Shown piece by piece: positions 34,414-44,071 of a stretch of DNA of 64,000 bases. Position 1 is the stretch's first letter. Every line of letters begins with the position of its first letter. Location of the stretch: positions 285,661 through 349,660 of IMG/VR virus record IMGVR_UViG_3300045996_002337. One strand, 5' to 3'. Position numbers and translations under genes: made by a program. The notes beneath the pieces are model-generated. The model was not told where the DNA came from. It saw only the letters and a program-made list of their open reading frames with translations, and did not search any database.

Positions 34414-35514
34414 TTAAAAGTCAACGTCGAAATCAGCGCCGTCATCATCGCGAACAATCGTTCCAACCTTGTATTGGTTGTTGTCTTGCTCTTGTGGTGC
34501 TGCTTGTGATTTCCCGATGTTGATCCAATCTTCAAGATGGGGCATCGGGTTGGTCTTAGGGAACTTGTAATCGGATTCGATATCCATGAACTCGTAGATG
34601 TCACGAGCACTGAAGAGAACCCATTGCTTCACGATCTTCTCATTTGTGCCAACCAGCTCGCGGCCCTCGCTGAACAGATTTTCAGTCCACGTGAACTCAT
34701 TGCCAACCACCGTGTCGAAGAGCACCTTGATACGAGGCTTAAGCCGCTTGTACGCTTCCTGCCCTCTGGCAGTACCAAGCTCTACACGAAGAACTTCCTT
34801 GTCGAGCTCAACGTGAACTTCAAGTTCATCTTGGGCAATCTTCTGAACCGCTTTACCGATCGATTGGAAAACGTTAGACGAGCAGATTGTGAAGGTGATG
34901 GCAAACGAGGCCATGAACTGCACACGTTCGAGGGCGAGTAGCGCGCAAACGCCCATGAACAAGTAGTCATAGGCTTCGTCACTGGACATTTCACCCAAGG
35001 CGTACTTGTGCGATGCGTACTGTAGGTCCTTGAAGACCGCAGCGACTGGGCCCAGTCGCTCAAGGCTTTCCTTGACCGCGAGAACTTCGCTCAGCACCTC
35101 GCTAGGATCATCAAATGACATCCGCACGATTTCCGAGTACGTTGCGGCGTGAACCACTTCGTTGTCAGAGATACGTTGCCACGCCGCCCAAAGACTGGAG
35201 TCAGTGATAAACGGGGCAAGAAGCGGTGCGATGGCGCGGGAAGCAACAGAGTCTGCCTCCCACTGCCAGGCCAATGTACGGATCATCATGTCGTACATTG
35301 GCTTTGGGCAGTTCTTAAAGTCAAGATTACACTGCGTGTAATCAAACTCATCCTCAGACCAGTCCAACGATTTCATGGTCTTATACAGCGACCAAATCTT
35401 TGGGTAGTGCTTGTTGAGGGTGTCAAACAAACCAGGATCCGCACCAAAGAACAGGGGTGCCTGTTCTCGGTATTGTGCTGGTGTCTTGTCAATATTAAAA
35501 ACTTGGTTGCTCAT
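34414..35514 (-). CDS. nrdB: Ribonucleotide reductase class Ia beta subunit
   Basis: WSEDE, WEADS, NEVVHAATYS, LERVQFMASF, IAQDELEVH. Confidence 0.95.
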   Translation of the reverse strand: MSNQVFNIDKTPAQYREQAPLFFGADPGLFDTLNKHYPKIWSLYKTMKSLDWSEDEFDYTQCNLDFKNCPKPMYDMMIRTLAWQWEADSVASRAIAPLLAPFITDSSLWAAWQRISDNEVVHAATYSEIVRMSFDDPSEVLSEVLAVKESLERLGPVAAVFKDLQYASHKYALGEMSSDEAYDYLFMGVCALLALERVQFMASFAITFTICSSNVFQSIGKAVQKIAQDELEVHVELDKEVLRVELGTARGQEAYKRLKPRIKVLFDTVVGNEFTWTENLFSEGRELVGTNEKIVKQWVLFSARDIYEFMDIESDYKFPKTNPMPHLEDWINIGKSQAAPQEQDNNQYKVGTIVRDDDGADFDVDF

Positions 35515-37802
35515 AGGGCGCAGGATTCGCAGTAATCGTCACCCTCTTCGGTGACTGTGGGTTCTGGGGTTGGTGTTTCTTTCATGACGGCAGATTCGCT
35601 CTTCGTCAAATCAACGCCCGCGCTTGTCAGGCTGTTGACGTAGTAACGTGTCTTCATTCCATACTTCACCATATCGAGGTAGTCCTGAATAATGGCCGAG
35701 CTAGGAACCTTTTTGTCACCTTGCAGATTAACAAATAGGTCGGCACTAATAGCTTGATCTGTCCACTTTTGCATGATCGAGTAGACCTTGATCATGTCAG
35801 TAGTGCTAACATCCCACGCGCTTTGATACTTGTTCTTCAGCTTGGTGCCTTCTGGGGCAGCCCAGTGGTTCACGCTCGTGTCGTTCGTCTTCATGATGTA
35901 CAGCTCACGAATCGGGTATGGACCGTTCGTCGTACCAGCGGCAATCGTAGAGGACTCACCTGGCATATGCGCAATCAGGACTGAATTACGAATACCACCA
36001 TTTTCAATGATTTTACCACGAATGGTCTCCCAATCCCGCTTGTTGTCGATTGTGACGAGTTCATCTACCTTCTTTTGATACGTATCAATTGGCAGCCAAC
36101 CCGTGGGCCACAGCGTCTTGTGCATCCACGGCGCATTTCCGAGTTCCTTACCGAGACGGAGCGATGCGTTGATAAGGTGCCAAGCATGCGTTTCGCCGAG
36201 CTCATGAATAAAGTCACGGCCATCTTGTGTGTCGTACTTCTTGCCCTCTTTTGCCATCAGGTGAGCAAGACCCAGAATACCAACACCTGCTGACAAGCGC
36301 GATTTGGCGGTATGCTCAAGATTAGGGAAAACGTAATCCGACTTGTGAATGCAAACGTCAATCATCTTCAGGGCGTAGTAGGCAACTTCTGCGTACTGCT
36401 CATCTGATTCAATGTTCGACACGATGATGCCGGCTAGTGAGCAAAGCCCGATCTCGCCATCACCTTCACGATATTCGCGGTACAAGTCTTGAACAGACGT
36501 GAACGGCTTGGTTGGCAGGCCAATTTCAGCACATAGGTTTGAGGAGTAAATCGGCTCCTTGAAGGGGGTGTGCCGGTTCATTTCATCCGTCATGTGCATG
36601 TACTGCACACCTGTTTCATAGGCCTGGGTTACTGCACCAAGAAGCACATCGCGGGCGTTCAGCTTCTTAGATGCTGCCTTTGCATGAACATTATACAGCT
36701 TGTCAAAGTTTGCTTGATCCTTGCTGTATTGTGCCTCGTACAATGACGGGTTGTTGCCATACGAGAACGGTGCGTACTCTTCATTCTTGGCAACCATCCG
36801 TGCAAACGTCTTGTTTGATCCGAAGTTGTAGTGGCAACCGGCAACCTTCTTAGCCAGCGGTGTCAGCGGGTGGCGAAGCTTCTGAATAACCTCGACCTCG
36901 GGGTCGTATGCGGTGTAGTACACCGTGGAAGCACCACCTCGACCATTCTGCAGGTTTGCGCCGATTGCACCAACCATTGCGCGGTAGTACGGGAGCTTGC
37001 CTTGGTGCTGGATCAGCCCGCCGCGAATCGGATCACCGATCGAACGCGTCTTGATGTGCGTGCCAATGCCAGCGCTCATGACGGTCATCATGTATGCGAT
37101 GTGATCGCCTGCTGCAAGCGATGGAGCGGTGTCGTCAGTCGTGTAGAGGCAGCATGAAGCATATCCGTTCAAGCGCGTACCGAGGTTGACGAAGTTTGGA
37201 GTTGGCGGGTTCAGACGGTTGTGGCTGAAGTGGCTGTACCACTTGGCGATGTGAGTCAAGCGCTCAGCCTTTGGTTCATTTTCAGCGAGGGCCATGGCCA
37301 TTCGCATGTAGACGAACTGTGGCGTTTCATATTCTTTACCAGTTCCTTTGTGGCGCAGCGCGTACTTGAACCGGATTTGATTAATTTGGTAGTGTGGGTA
37401 CTTCAGATCAAGCTTATGATCGATGATTTTTTCAACCTCCGCGTATTCTTCATCGCTGTAGTTGAGCTTAACCATGATCTCTGCATCAAGCAGTTCGGAG
37501 TGGAGCTGCTTGACCGTTGGGCGCCCTGTTGGGTAAATGACGCGCTCGAGGAGAGCCGAATACAGGCGGCCTGCCATGCGGTTGTATTCCCAAGTCTTCT
37601 TGCTTAAGCAGACCTTGATGAGCGTTTCCTGGAGCTCAAGGCTCGAGCAACCGTCTTGACATTGATTAACGGCTTCGAGTACGACGCTCGCCCAATCAAA
37701 GTTCGTACCAAGCGTCTTCGCTGCCCAAATGCCCCAACCGTTGATCTTTGTTGGCGAAAATTCTTGGCGTGAACCATCACGTTTAATTAGATAAGTGATC
37801 AT
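35511..37802 (-). CDS. nrdA: Ribonucleotide reductase class Ia alpha subunit with ATP cone
   Basis: IKRDG, ETPQFVY, PTP, YASCCL, SSNLCAEI, GLCSLA, HMPGESST, C-terminal CESCAL; real start MITYLIKRDG. Confidence 0.95.
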   Translation of the reverse strand: MITYLIKRDGSRQEFSPTKINGWGIWAAKTLGTNFDWASVVLEAVNQCQDGCSSLELQETLIKVCLSKKTWEYNRMAGRLYSALLERVIYPTGRPTVKQLHSELLDAEIMVKLNYSDEEYAEVEKIIDHKLDLKYPHYQINQIRFKYALRHKGTGKEYETPQFVYMRMAMALAENEPKAERLTHIAKWYSHFSHNRLNPPTPNFVNLGTRLNGYASCCLYTTDDTAPSLAAGDHIAYMMTVMSAGIGTHIKTRSIGDPIRGGLIQHQGKLPYYRAMVGAIGANLQNGRGGASTVYYTAYDPEVEVIQKLRHPLTPLAKKVAGCHYNFGSNKTFARMVAKNEEYAPFSYGNNPSLYEAQYSKDQANFDKLYNVHAKAASKKLNARDVLLGAVTQAYETGVQYMHMTDEMNRHTPFKEPIYSSNLCAEIGLPTKPFTSVQDLYREYREGDGEIGLCSLAGIIVSNIESDEQYAEVAYYALKMIDVCIHKSDYVFPNLEHTAKSRLSAGVGILGLAHLMAKEGKKYDTQDGRDFIHELGETHAWHLINASLRLGKELGNAPWMHKTLWPTGWLPIDTYQKKVDELVTIDNKRDWETIRGKIIENGGIRNSVLIAHMPGESSTIAAGTTNGPYPIRELYIMKTNDTSVNHWAAPEGTKLKNKYQSAWDVSTTDMIKVYSIMQKWTDQAISADLFVNLQGDKKVPSSAIIQDYLDMVKYGMKTRYYVNSLTSAGVDLTKSESAVMKETPTPEPTVTEEGDDYCESCAL

Positions 37803-37911
37803 ATTCCTGTAATTTATTTTTAGTGTCAGTAGCGTATTGCTGTTACACATTTTAACACGTGAACAGCAAGTTCCGGAGGCAACAACAGGCTGTAGGTACA
37901 GCCTGTCAAGG

Positions 37912-38505
37912 TTAGAACGAGCGTTTTGGATCTGTCGAAAAGACGCGCATCTCGTTGATGCGACGAAGCCACCCATTCAGGTACTTCGCCTGCGAAGAAT
38001 TGTTCTGAACGATTTGACGATAGAACTGTTCACGCTGATTGCAGATGCTTTGGCAAAGCGTAATCGGGTTAAGTTGCTTTACCTTAGCGATGGTGACAGG
38101 ACCAACGATTCCGTCAGGAGAAACCCCGGCGGCACGTTGAAGGAACATGTTCGCGCGCTTGATGCCGTGGTTAACACAGCCGTCAAAGTGTAGCACCGCG
38201 ACACGTCCTGGTAGCTGTTCACACTTGCCTGCCAACCAGTAGCGGACATAGTAAACGGCTTTAGCTTGGTCCCAGGTTAAGCGGGTGATGTTCAGATCTG
38301 GGTTGGCATTTCGCGCCACGCCAAACTTTGTCTCACCGCCTCTATCATCAGGATCATTCACATAACCGACTGCTCTGCGGTTCGCCGTTGTGTTGATCAA
38401 CCCCTGCTCAACTGCAGGGTGCGCTCGATTCCAAAAACCACCGACCTCATAAAGCATGGCGTGGTTAATGGCTTCTTCAAAAGCATGGGGGTATTGGGCC
38501 ATCAT
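37912..38505 (-). CDS. Endolysin, glycoside hydrolase family 108 with C-terminal peptidoglycan-binding domain
   Basis: EVGG...YVNDPDDRGGETKFGV, FDGCVNHG, LQRAAGVSPDGIVGP, YLNGWLRR; late promoter at 38525-38530. Confidence 0.9.
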   Translation of the reverse strand: MMAQYPHAFEEAINHAMLYEVGGFWNRAHPAVEQGLINTTANRRAVGYVNDPDDRGGETKFGVARNANPDLNITRLTWDQAKAVYYVRYWLAGKCEQLPGRVAVLHFDGCVNHGIKRANMFLQRAAGVSPDGIVGPVTIAKVKQLNPITLCQSICNQREQFYRQIVQNNSSQAKYLNGWLRRINEMRVFSTDPKRSF

Positions 38506-38704
38506 AGTCTCCTTTTACGAGGACTATTTATGATGGCCTGCCCATACGTTCAATTCCGGACTAGCACCGGCCATTGACTAAAACCGGCTTCAAAATCTGA
38601 AGAAAGATAAGCGGTATCAATCTGCCAGTGCGAATTTCATCACGATCTGCGACTAGCTGGAAACAGGTGGAATCGCACCATGCGGGCACCCCAACGCTAG
38701 GTCC

Positions 38705-39214
38705 TTAGCCTAGAATGTCACCTACAGTTTTACCACCAACATACCTGTGCAGGTCATGGGGGCCACACACGATTCCGTAAAAAATACTACGACCATGTGA
38801 GAGCTCAGGACCCGTTGGGTGAATCATCGCTGATCCTTTAGGGATCATTGGGTGAATACAGGATTTCTTTTCAGAAAAATCAACGACGTTTAGCTTCGCC
38901 GTTACGAGCTTGCTGTCATCTGGCGAGAACAGCAGAATGTCATGCTCAAAGGTGGCGCATGCAGTAACGGGGATCGTGTCGATAGTGTACGTTTCCTTAT
39001 CGACCGCGATGATGGACCAACTGGTTGGCATCTCGATTTCAAGGTTCTGAACCCTGATCTTAATCGTGGGCCCAATCGTCTCCTCAAGATAGTCAAGCCC
39101 CTCAAGCTTGAAGTCCATCATGTGGCCAGAGAACGTCCAGAAGTGGGTGACGCCCATTGGGGAGCTGATAGAATCAACGATGTACGGCTTTCCAGCCTCA
39201 TGGAGAATTTGCAT
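38705..39214 (-). CDS. Hypothetical all-beta protein, possibly degenerate Hint fold
   Basis: 169 aa beta-rich ORF downstream of uvsW; fold call is inference. Confidence 0.6.
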   Translation of the reverse strand: MQILHEAGKPYIVDSISSPMGVTHFWTFSGHMMDFKLEGLDYLEETIGPTIKIRVQNLEIEMPTSWSIIAVDKETYTIDTIPVTACATFEHDILLFSPDDSKLVTAKLNVVDFSEKKSCIHPMIPKGSAMIHPTGPELSHGRSIFYGIVCGPHDLHRYVGGKTVGDILG

Positions 39215-39224
39215 GTAAATCCAA

Positions 39225-39518
39225 TCAAACGTTTCGTGTCACCAGCTGCTCAATCTTCGCAATGATTTCATTGTATTGCTGAGTCAGGTGATGTGTATTT
39301 TCTGAGACCTCGTCTTCCATCATGACGATTTTCGTGATGCCTTCATCCATCATTTTTCGGATAGTGAGGAAGGCGCCGGCCAGACCTTCTCGATCAGGAA
39401 ATGCATAGAGCAGGGCGAAGACGGCGCAGTTGACGGCCATCATGTTTCCCACATTCTGCATGATGCGAACCTCAAGTTCACTGTCCCTCTTAGCCAGGAT
39501 GCGGATAATTTCTTCCAT
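39225..39518 (-). CDS. Hypothetical protein
   Basis: Likely start MEEII after AAGGA. Confidence 0.5.
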   Translation of the reverse strand: MEEIIRILAKRDSELEVRIMQNVGNMMAVNCAVFALLYAFPDREGLAGAFLTIRKMMDEGITKIVMMEDEVSENTHHLTQQYNEIIAKIEQLVTRNV

Positions 39519-39594
39519 GGCGTCTTCCTTTGGTGGTTGTTCTAGGTTCATTGTACCATCAATTGTAACAAAGCTGGATTGAAATTCAGGAAGC

Positions 39595-41004
39595 TCAAAG
39601 CTTGTACTTAACCAGCTTCGCTGTGTTGTACTTTGCTTCCTTGTAGTACTTGTTTCGCTCTCTAAAGTGCTTCTTTGACCACTTGAGCTTCGAGTGAACA
39701 TCGACGCAGTGCACTCTTTCTTTATCGTGTCCTTTTCTCAGTCCACGACCAATCGATTGGATGCAACGAACAAACGCTTTACCTGCATCAACCATCATGA
39801 GACAAAATACACGGTCGATAGAAATACCGGTCGATGCAATACCAAAGGTAGCGATCACAATCAAGTCATCGCGATTTTCGAACATTGAATACCACTCGGC
39901 TCGAACGTCAGTGTCATCAGCGCCGTGAAGAAACACGGAATTTTTGATTAGCTTTTGGAGCGCCTTGCCCTGCTTAATCGAGTTGACAAGCACGAGGGTG
40001 TTGCCATACTGTTCAGACTTTGCGATAATCAGGTCCGCTAGAAAATCTAGCCGGGCTGGCGACTTAGAAAGGAACGTCTTCTCAGAAGTGTAGTCTGGGA
40101 AATCCTCAGTCACGTCTTCTTCAGTTTCTACCGGCTCAATTTCGAGCTGCGCAAGAACTCCACGCTCCATTAGCTCAGACGCAGTAATCGTGAACAGCAC
40201 CTCACCAATTGATCCCTTGAGGGTCGTTCTATCGATTTCTGGTTTTGGCATCGTGCCGGTGAAACCGAAACGGTAAGCGATGTGTTTGCCGTGGGCATTG
40301 ATGAGCTCACCAACAACCTTTGCCTTGGCGCCGTGAGCCTCGTCAACAACGAGAACCTGGAACTCATTCATCAGGGACGGGTTGTTTTGAAGGGCCTGCC
40401 ACGTCGCAACGACGACCATGTGGTAGATGTCCTTCGTCGAGCCTGAATAAATGCCGACGTCAAGCTTACCGAGTCGGAACGTAGCGGCCGTCTGCTTCAC
40501 CAGGTCATCAGACGGCACGATAACAATCGTGCGCATCTCATTTGCAGCGAAGACGTCTGTCAACGCTGCAACCATCCATGTCTTGCCTGAGCCGGTCGCC
40601 GCTTGAATGAAGCCAGACTGATTCTCAAGGCAGGCGTTTACCGCTTCAACCTGATAGTCGCGCAGCTTGACCTTGAGCTCCATCCCTTCCTTGTTTAGAA
40701 ACCACGATTCATCCACACGTGTTTCAACGTGCGCGACTGGAAGACGCGAATCAACTAAATTGATGTCGTATCCCCATTTTTCAATGTACGGAAGAACATC
40801 AGGAAGAAGACGGGTGTAGATCTTCCCTGCCTTATCAAAGAACCGAACCTTACCGTCCCAGCGCCCGAGCTTGTAGAGCGGCATGAAGAAGGCGCCATCA
40901 ACCATGAATGCAAACTTGTTGTCCAAGTATTCGTGGTCTTGCGGCTCAAGACCGGTGACGTTGCAATAAACTTCGTCACGAACGGTGATATTACATTTTT
41001 TCAT
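39595..41004 (-). CDS. uvsW: SF2 DNA helicase, UvsW-like
   Basis: LRDYQ, QAATGSGKT, VVDEAH, GFTGT, FGIASTGISI, QSIGRGLR. Confidence 0.92.
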   Translation of the reverse strand: MKKCNITVRDEVYCNVTGLEPQDHEYLDNKFAFMVDGAFFMPLYKLGRWDGKVRFFDKAGKIYTRLLPDVLPYIEKWGYDINLVDSRLPVAHVETRVDESWFLNKEGMELKVKLRDYQVEAVNACLENQSGFIQAATGSGKTWMVAALTDVFAANEMRTIVIVPSDDLVKQTAATFRLGKLDVGIYSGSTKDIYHMVVVATWQALQNNPSLMNEFQVLVVDEAHGAKAKVVGELINAHGKHIAYRFGFTGTMPKPEIDRTTLKGSIGEVLFTITASELMERGVLAQLEIEPVETEEDVTEDFPDYTSEKTFLSKSPARLDFLADLIIAKSEQYGNTLVLVNSIKQGKALQKLIKNSVFLHGADDTDVRAEWYSMFENRDDLIVIATFGIASTGISIDRVFCLMMVDAGKAFVRCIQSIGRGLRKGHDKERVHCVDVHSKLKWSKKHFRERNKYYKEAKYNTAKLVKYKL

Positions 41005-41309
41005 TGTGCTGCTTGTGTGGTACGTGTTCCATTATACGCCGCACCCTTCTCTTTCATTCGCAGATAAATGATCAGACCGATCCAAACCGAGTTCGCGGCA
41101 AGTACCGCAAGCCCGCCGTAAAAGCTCATCATTTGACCGATGTGCGGATAGTAAAAGACGTTCCAAAGTCCCCAAAGACCAAAGAAGATCGTGGAGACCA
41201 AGGAGATCCCATAGGCCTGCTTTGATTTCCACAGCGCCCAGGCATGGTTCAAGATGAATGCCGAAGCAAACAGCTCAAACCCTCCATTGATGGTGTCAGC
41301 GATGCTCAT
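41001..41309 (-). CDS. Small 3-TM protein, PQ-loop/SemiSWEET-like
   Basis: WALWKSKQAYGISLVSTIFFGLWGLWNVFYY...N..W pattern; canonical PQ absent. Confidence 0.5.
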   Translation of the reverse strand: MSIADTINGGFELFASAFILNHAWALWKSKQAYGISLVSTIFFGLWGLWNVFYYPHIGQMMSFYGGLAVLAANSVWIGLIIYLRMKEKGAAYNGTRTTQAAQ

Positions 41310-41761
41310 GAGTACGTGAAATGACGCTCAAGCCCTTGCTTCTTAACATGGGCAAGTGCGTTGAAGAGCGATGGTGATTGTGCTGCAGCGATGAGCAGCA
41401 TGACCAGTCGAAGTGTTTCGTGTGGGCCAATACCATGCTCTGGCTTAAGAGTCATTCTCACTGGATTGCAGTGTTCATCCTCAGTGTTGATCACGATTGG
41501 CGGCAGATCGGGTGAATGCGAGCGTAGCGCCATTCCTGACGACACGAGGGACGTGTCTACACCATTCACGGGGATGTATGTTCCTTTTGGGCCTGGGCTC
41601 CAATGCTGCTGAGACGAATATACGTTGCCGTTCGACGTATATGTGCTGTTGCTATTTGGCGAGGTGCCAGGATATCCGCCGTGCGCGGGAGCACTGACGC
41701 CCTTGATTCCTGCGAGCTGGCGCATCTGTTCTTGAAACTCTGATTTGGAAATGTTGTTCAC
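41306..41761 (-). CDS. Hypothetical protein with low-complexity N-terminal half
   Basis: GTG start after GAGG. Confidence 0.55.
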   Translation of the reverse strand: MNNISKSEFQEQMRQLAGIKGVSAPAHGGYPGTSPNSNSTYTSNGNVYSSQQHWSPGPKGTYIPVNGVDTSLVSSGMALRSHSPDLPPIVINTEDEHCNPVRMTLKPEHGIGPHETLRLVMLLIAAAQSPSLFNALAHVKKQGLERHFTYS

Positions 41762-42219
41762 AGTGTTACCTCTTGAAGTTCGGCTACGCGAAGCTTCGTG
41801 ATGTTGCCAATCATCCACCCCATTTGGCGAAAGCCTTCGACGATGTCGTCTAGTTGCGAATAAAGCAGCGTTGCCTCAATGATCAGTTGATTGAGCTCGA
41901 CAATGTCTTGCTCACCACCGATAAACGTTGTCACCTCTCGGGCGGCCAAGGCGCGTTGTCCTTGTGCATAGTTCTTCGTAAACCGTGACTCGAGCTTGGC
42001 CTTATAGTTTTCCAACCACTTGATGACTTGCTTCATCTCGGCTGCGCGATTCGCGTAGAACGTTTGATGATGCGGAAGATTTCGAGCGAGAAGCTCTAGC
42101 CGAACCCCCTCTAGCTCGAAAAGGGGTTCAGCGTTGGTAATGTGCTTCTCGTAGTTCTCAAAGATGGCAGGTAGCTGTTCAGCCAGCTTGCCTTCTTCAA
42201 GAGTGAAGAGAAAGCTCAT
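41758..42219 (-). CDS. uvsY: Recombination mediator UvsY-like
   Basis: Helical bundle ending DDIVEGFRQMGWMIGNITKLRVAE; in the uvsX-uvsY-uvsW cluster. Confidence 0.75.
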   Translation of the reverse strand: MSFLFTLEEGKLAEQLPAIFENYEKHITNAEPLFELEGVRLELLARNLPHHQTFYANRAAEMKQVIKWLENYKAKLESRFTKNYAQGQRALAAREVTTFIGGEQDIVELNQLIIEATLLYSQLDDIVEGFRQMGWMIGNITKLRVAELQEVTL

Positions 42220-42407
42220 TCATCATCTCCAAAATCCAGATCTTCATCGGCTTCCTCATCTTCGAGAAGCTCGACATCGATCAGTGTTTGGTCTGATGCC
42301 ATGTTTTCTTGGACTACATATTCGCCGATGCGCTCTGCTAGCGAGTAGGCCTTCTCGTGATCCTTGGCGGTCACGGTAAATGAGATTGAGATGGCGAAGG
42401 TTGCCAT
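42216..42407 (-). CDS. Small acidic hypothetical protein
   Basis: Translationally coupled on both sides. Confidence 0.55.
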   Translation of the reverse strand: MATFAISISFTVTAKDHEKAYSLAERIGEYVVQENMASDQTLIDVELLEDEEADEDLDFGDDE

Positions 42408-42673
42408 TATTCTTTTCCTCTGTTTGAGATTATGAACTCACCCGTGTTGTAATCAAAGTCGATGTACTGACCGGCCAATAGGGTTGCGGTTTGCAGATCG
42501 ACAACAACACGAGGAACAATTGATATTGTACTATCCATTGAGGTAACATCGACATTAGGTATCAGGTCGACGTGTGCCCCAGCTTCAGCGGATCCAGTAG
42601 CCTGAACCCGAAATGCCTTACCCGTATCCGTCAATTGTAGAATTTTGGACCGAGCGCAGAGTGTGATTTGCAT
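42407..42673 (-). CDS. Possible small hypothetical protein; start uncertain
   Basis: Fills gap, but no SD before MQITL. Confidence 0.35.
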   Translation of the reverse strand: MQITLCARSKILQLTDTGKAFRVQATGSAEAGAHVDLIPNVDVTSMDSTISIVPRVVVDLQTATLLAGQYIDFDYNTGEFIISNRGKE

Positions 42674-42680
42674 AGGAGAA

Positions 42681-42700
42681 GGGGAGCCGATCGGCTCCCC
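42681..42700. terminator. Perfect 20-bp palindrome, probable terminator
   Basis: GGGGAGCCGATCGGCTCCCC after the 42708 stop. Confidence 0.65.
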
Positions 42701-42707
42701 CTTAGTT

Positions 42708-42896
42708 TTAGCCAGCGATCTCGCTGTCGTCCTTCGACTTAGCAACGAGCGACTGTTCTTCAACTACCGTGCGCACCGCCTTCAGCAGTTTGCCAGGCGA
42801 GGTAAAAACTTCCGTACGGCTGTCTTCGGACGAGAACGTCTGGAGGATGAAACCTCCGTGTACGAGTTGAATTTGAATAGTGCTTCCGTGTCCCAT
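42708..42896 (-). CDS. Small hypothetical protein
   Basis: GAGGAG SD after the uvsX stop. Confidence 0.55.
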   Translation of the reverse strand: MGHGSTIQIQLVHGGFILQTFSSEDSRTEVFTSPGKLLKAVRTVVEEQSLVAKSKDDSEIAG

Positions 42897-42899
42897 ATT

Positions 42900-44033
42900 T
42901 TACTCCTCAAGTTGCAATGTGTGTTTCCTTTTGGCGCTGTCTACATCAATCTCACGATCTGTAGAATTGTCCAGCGCCTCAAGGTCGATTTCGGGTTCAT
43001 CGCGTGCGAGCATAGGCGCGCACTTTGGGTGGCCTTTGAGGATCTTGAGAGCAATCTCATCCGTCAGGTCACGTTCTTTGAAGGTTACCCGTTGATCACC
43101 TCCAGCATCAGTCCACTCTGCAACCCACAGCAGCTTTTCACCAGGACGTGTGCCCTTAGCGATAACGCCGTCAGCCTCAAGCATTTCAAGCAGACCAGAG
43201 GTCGATGACATGCCTTTGTTGTACGGGACTTCCAATTCTACCTTCGTGCCAAGACGTGCGAAGCGGGACTTGTAGGTCTCAAAACGCATGCGAACACCGG
43301 TAACGAGACCGTCCTCCTTGAGCTTCAGCTTCGTGATGATGCCGATGATCGAGGATGAGAACTTTGTCGAGTTGGTGATTGCCCAAGCACCGTCACCCAT
43401 CATGATATCTTGAGGATACACGTGGTCAGTGACGAGCATGCCAACCGGCAAACGGCTCAGCTTACCAACTGCCAGACGCAGCATGGCCTTGCGGCGCTTT
43501 GCGAGCTGACCTTGGTCACCCTTGATAACGCCCTTGTCATAGTTCTCCATTTCAGTGGAGGATGACAGCATAGCGAGCGAGTCAAGAATGATGAGGGTCT
43601 TCGGGGCCTCTGCGTTGTCCTTGCCGTATTCCTTCTGATAGCTCGAGAAGAAGTCAGAAAGAACGCCGTTAACGTCTTCGATCGTTGCAAGGGAGATGTA
43701 CGTGAGCGCATCTTCACCAGTGTCAACGCCGATCTTGCGGAGGTAATCCACGTCGATTGCGTTTTCAGTGTCGATGACCATCACGTGATAGCCTTCTCTT
43801 TGCGCTTGAAGCGCAATGTTAGACGTGATGAACGACTTGCCTGAGCCAGAAGGACCAGCAAAGAGGCAGATACGATTCAGGGGAACGCCCTTCAAGTAGT
43901 CGCCAGAGAGGGCGCGGTTCAGGGCGTAGTTGCCCGTCGTCAGCCATTCTTCGACGCTCTTGATGCCAACCCCGACTGTGTCGAGCTTGGCTACTTCCTT
44001 CTTGAACTTGTCAAGAAATTTCAGTTTAGCCAT
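42900..44033 (-). CDS. uvsX: RecA-like recombinase UvsX
   Basis: WLTTGNYALNRALSG, FAGPSGSGKS, VIDTENA, IILDSL, VTDHVY. Confidence 0.93.
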   Translation of the reverse strand: MAKLKFLDKFKKEVAKLDTVGVGIKSVEEWLTTGNYALNRALSGDYLKGVPLNRICLFAGPSGSGKSFITSNIALQAQREGYHVMVIDTENAIDVDYLRKIGVDTGEDALTYISLATIEDVNGVLSDFFSSYQKEYGKDNAEAPKTLIILDSLAMLSSSTEMENYDKGVIKGDQGQLAKRRKAMLRLAVGKLSRLPVGMLVTDHVYPQDIMMGDGAWAITNSTKFSSSIIGIITKLKLKEDGLVTGVRMRFETYKSRFARLGTKVELEVPYNKGMSSTSGLLEMLEADGVIAKGTRPGEKLLWVAEWTDAGGDQRVTFKERDLTDEIALKILKGHPKCAPMLARDEPEIDLEALDNSTDREIDVDSAKRKHTLQLEE

Positions 44034-44047
44034 TGATACTCCTTAGA

Positions 44048-44069
44048 GAAAGGGCACTTAGGCCCTTTC
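44048..44069. terminator. Hairpin after gp32 gene
   Basis: GAAAGGGC-acttag-GCCCTTTC. Confidence 0.55.
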
Positions 44070-44071
44070 GA

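Noticed and set aside
35511-37976. N-terminal extension of NrdA in the ORF track
   Set aside because: The first 58 codons overlap the endolysin end and a promoter region; the ATP-cone start MITYLIKRDG at 37802 has an AGGA SD
38547-38569. tRNA gene
   Set aside because: Only a T-loop-like GTTCAATTC; the T-stem does not pair (ATACG vs CCGGA) and there are no D or anticodon arms
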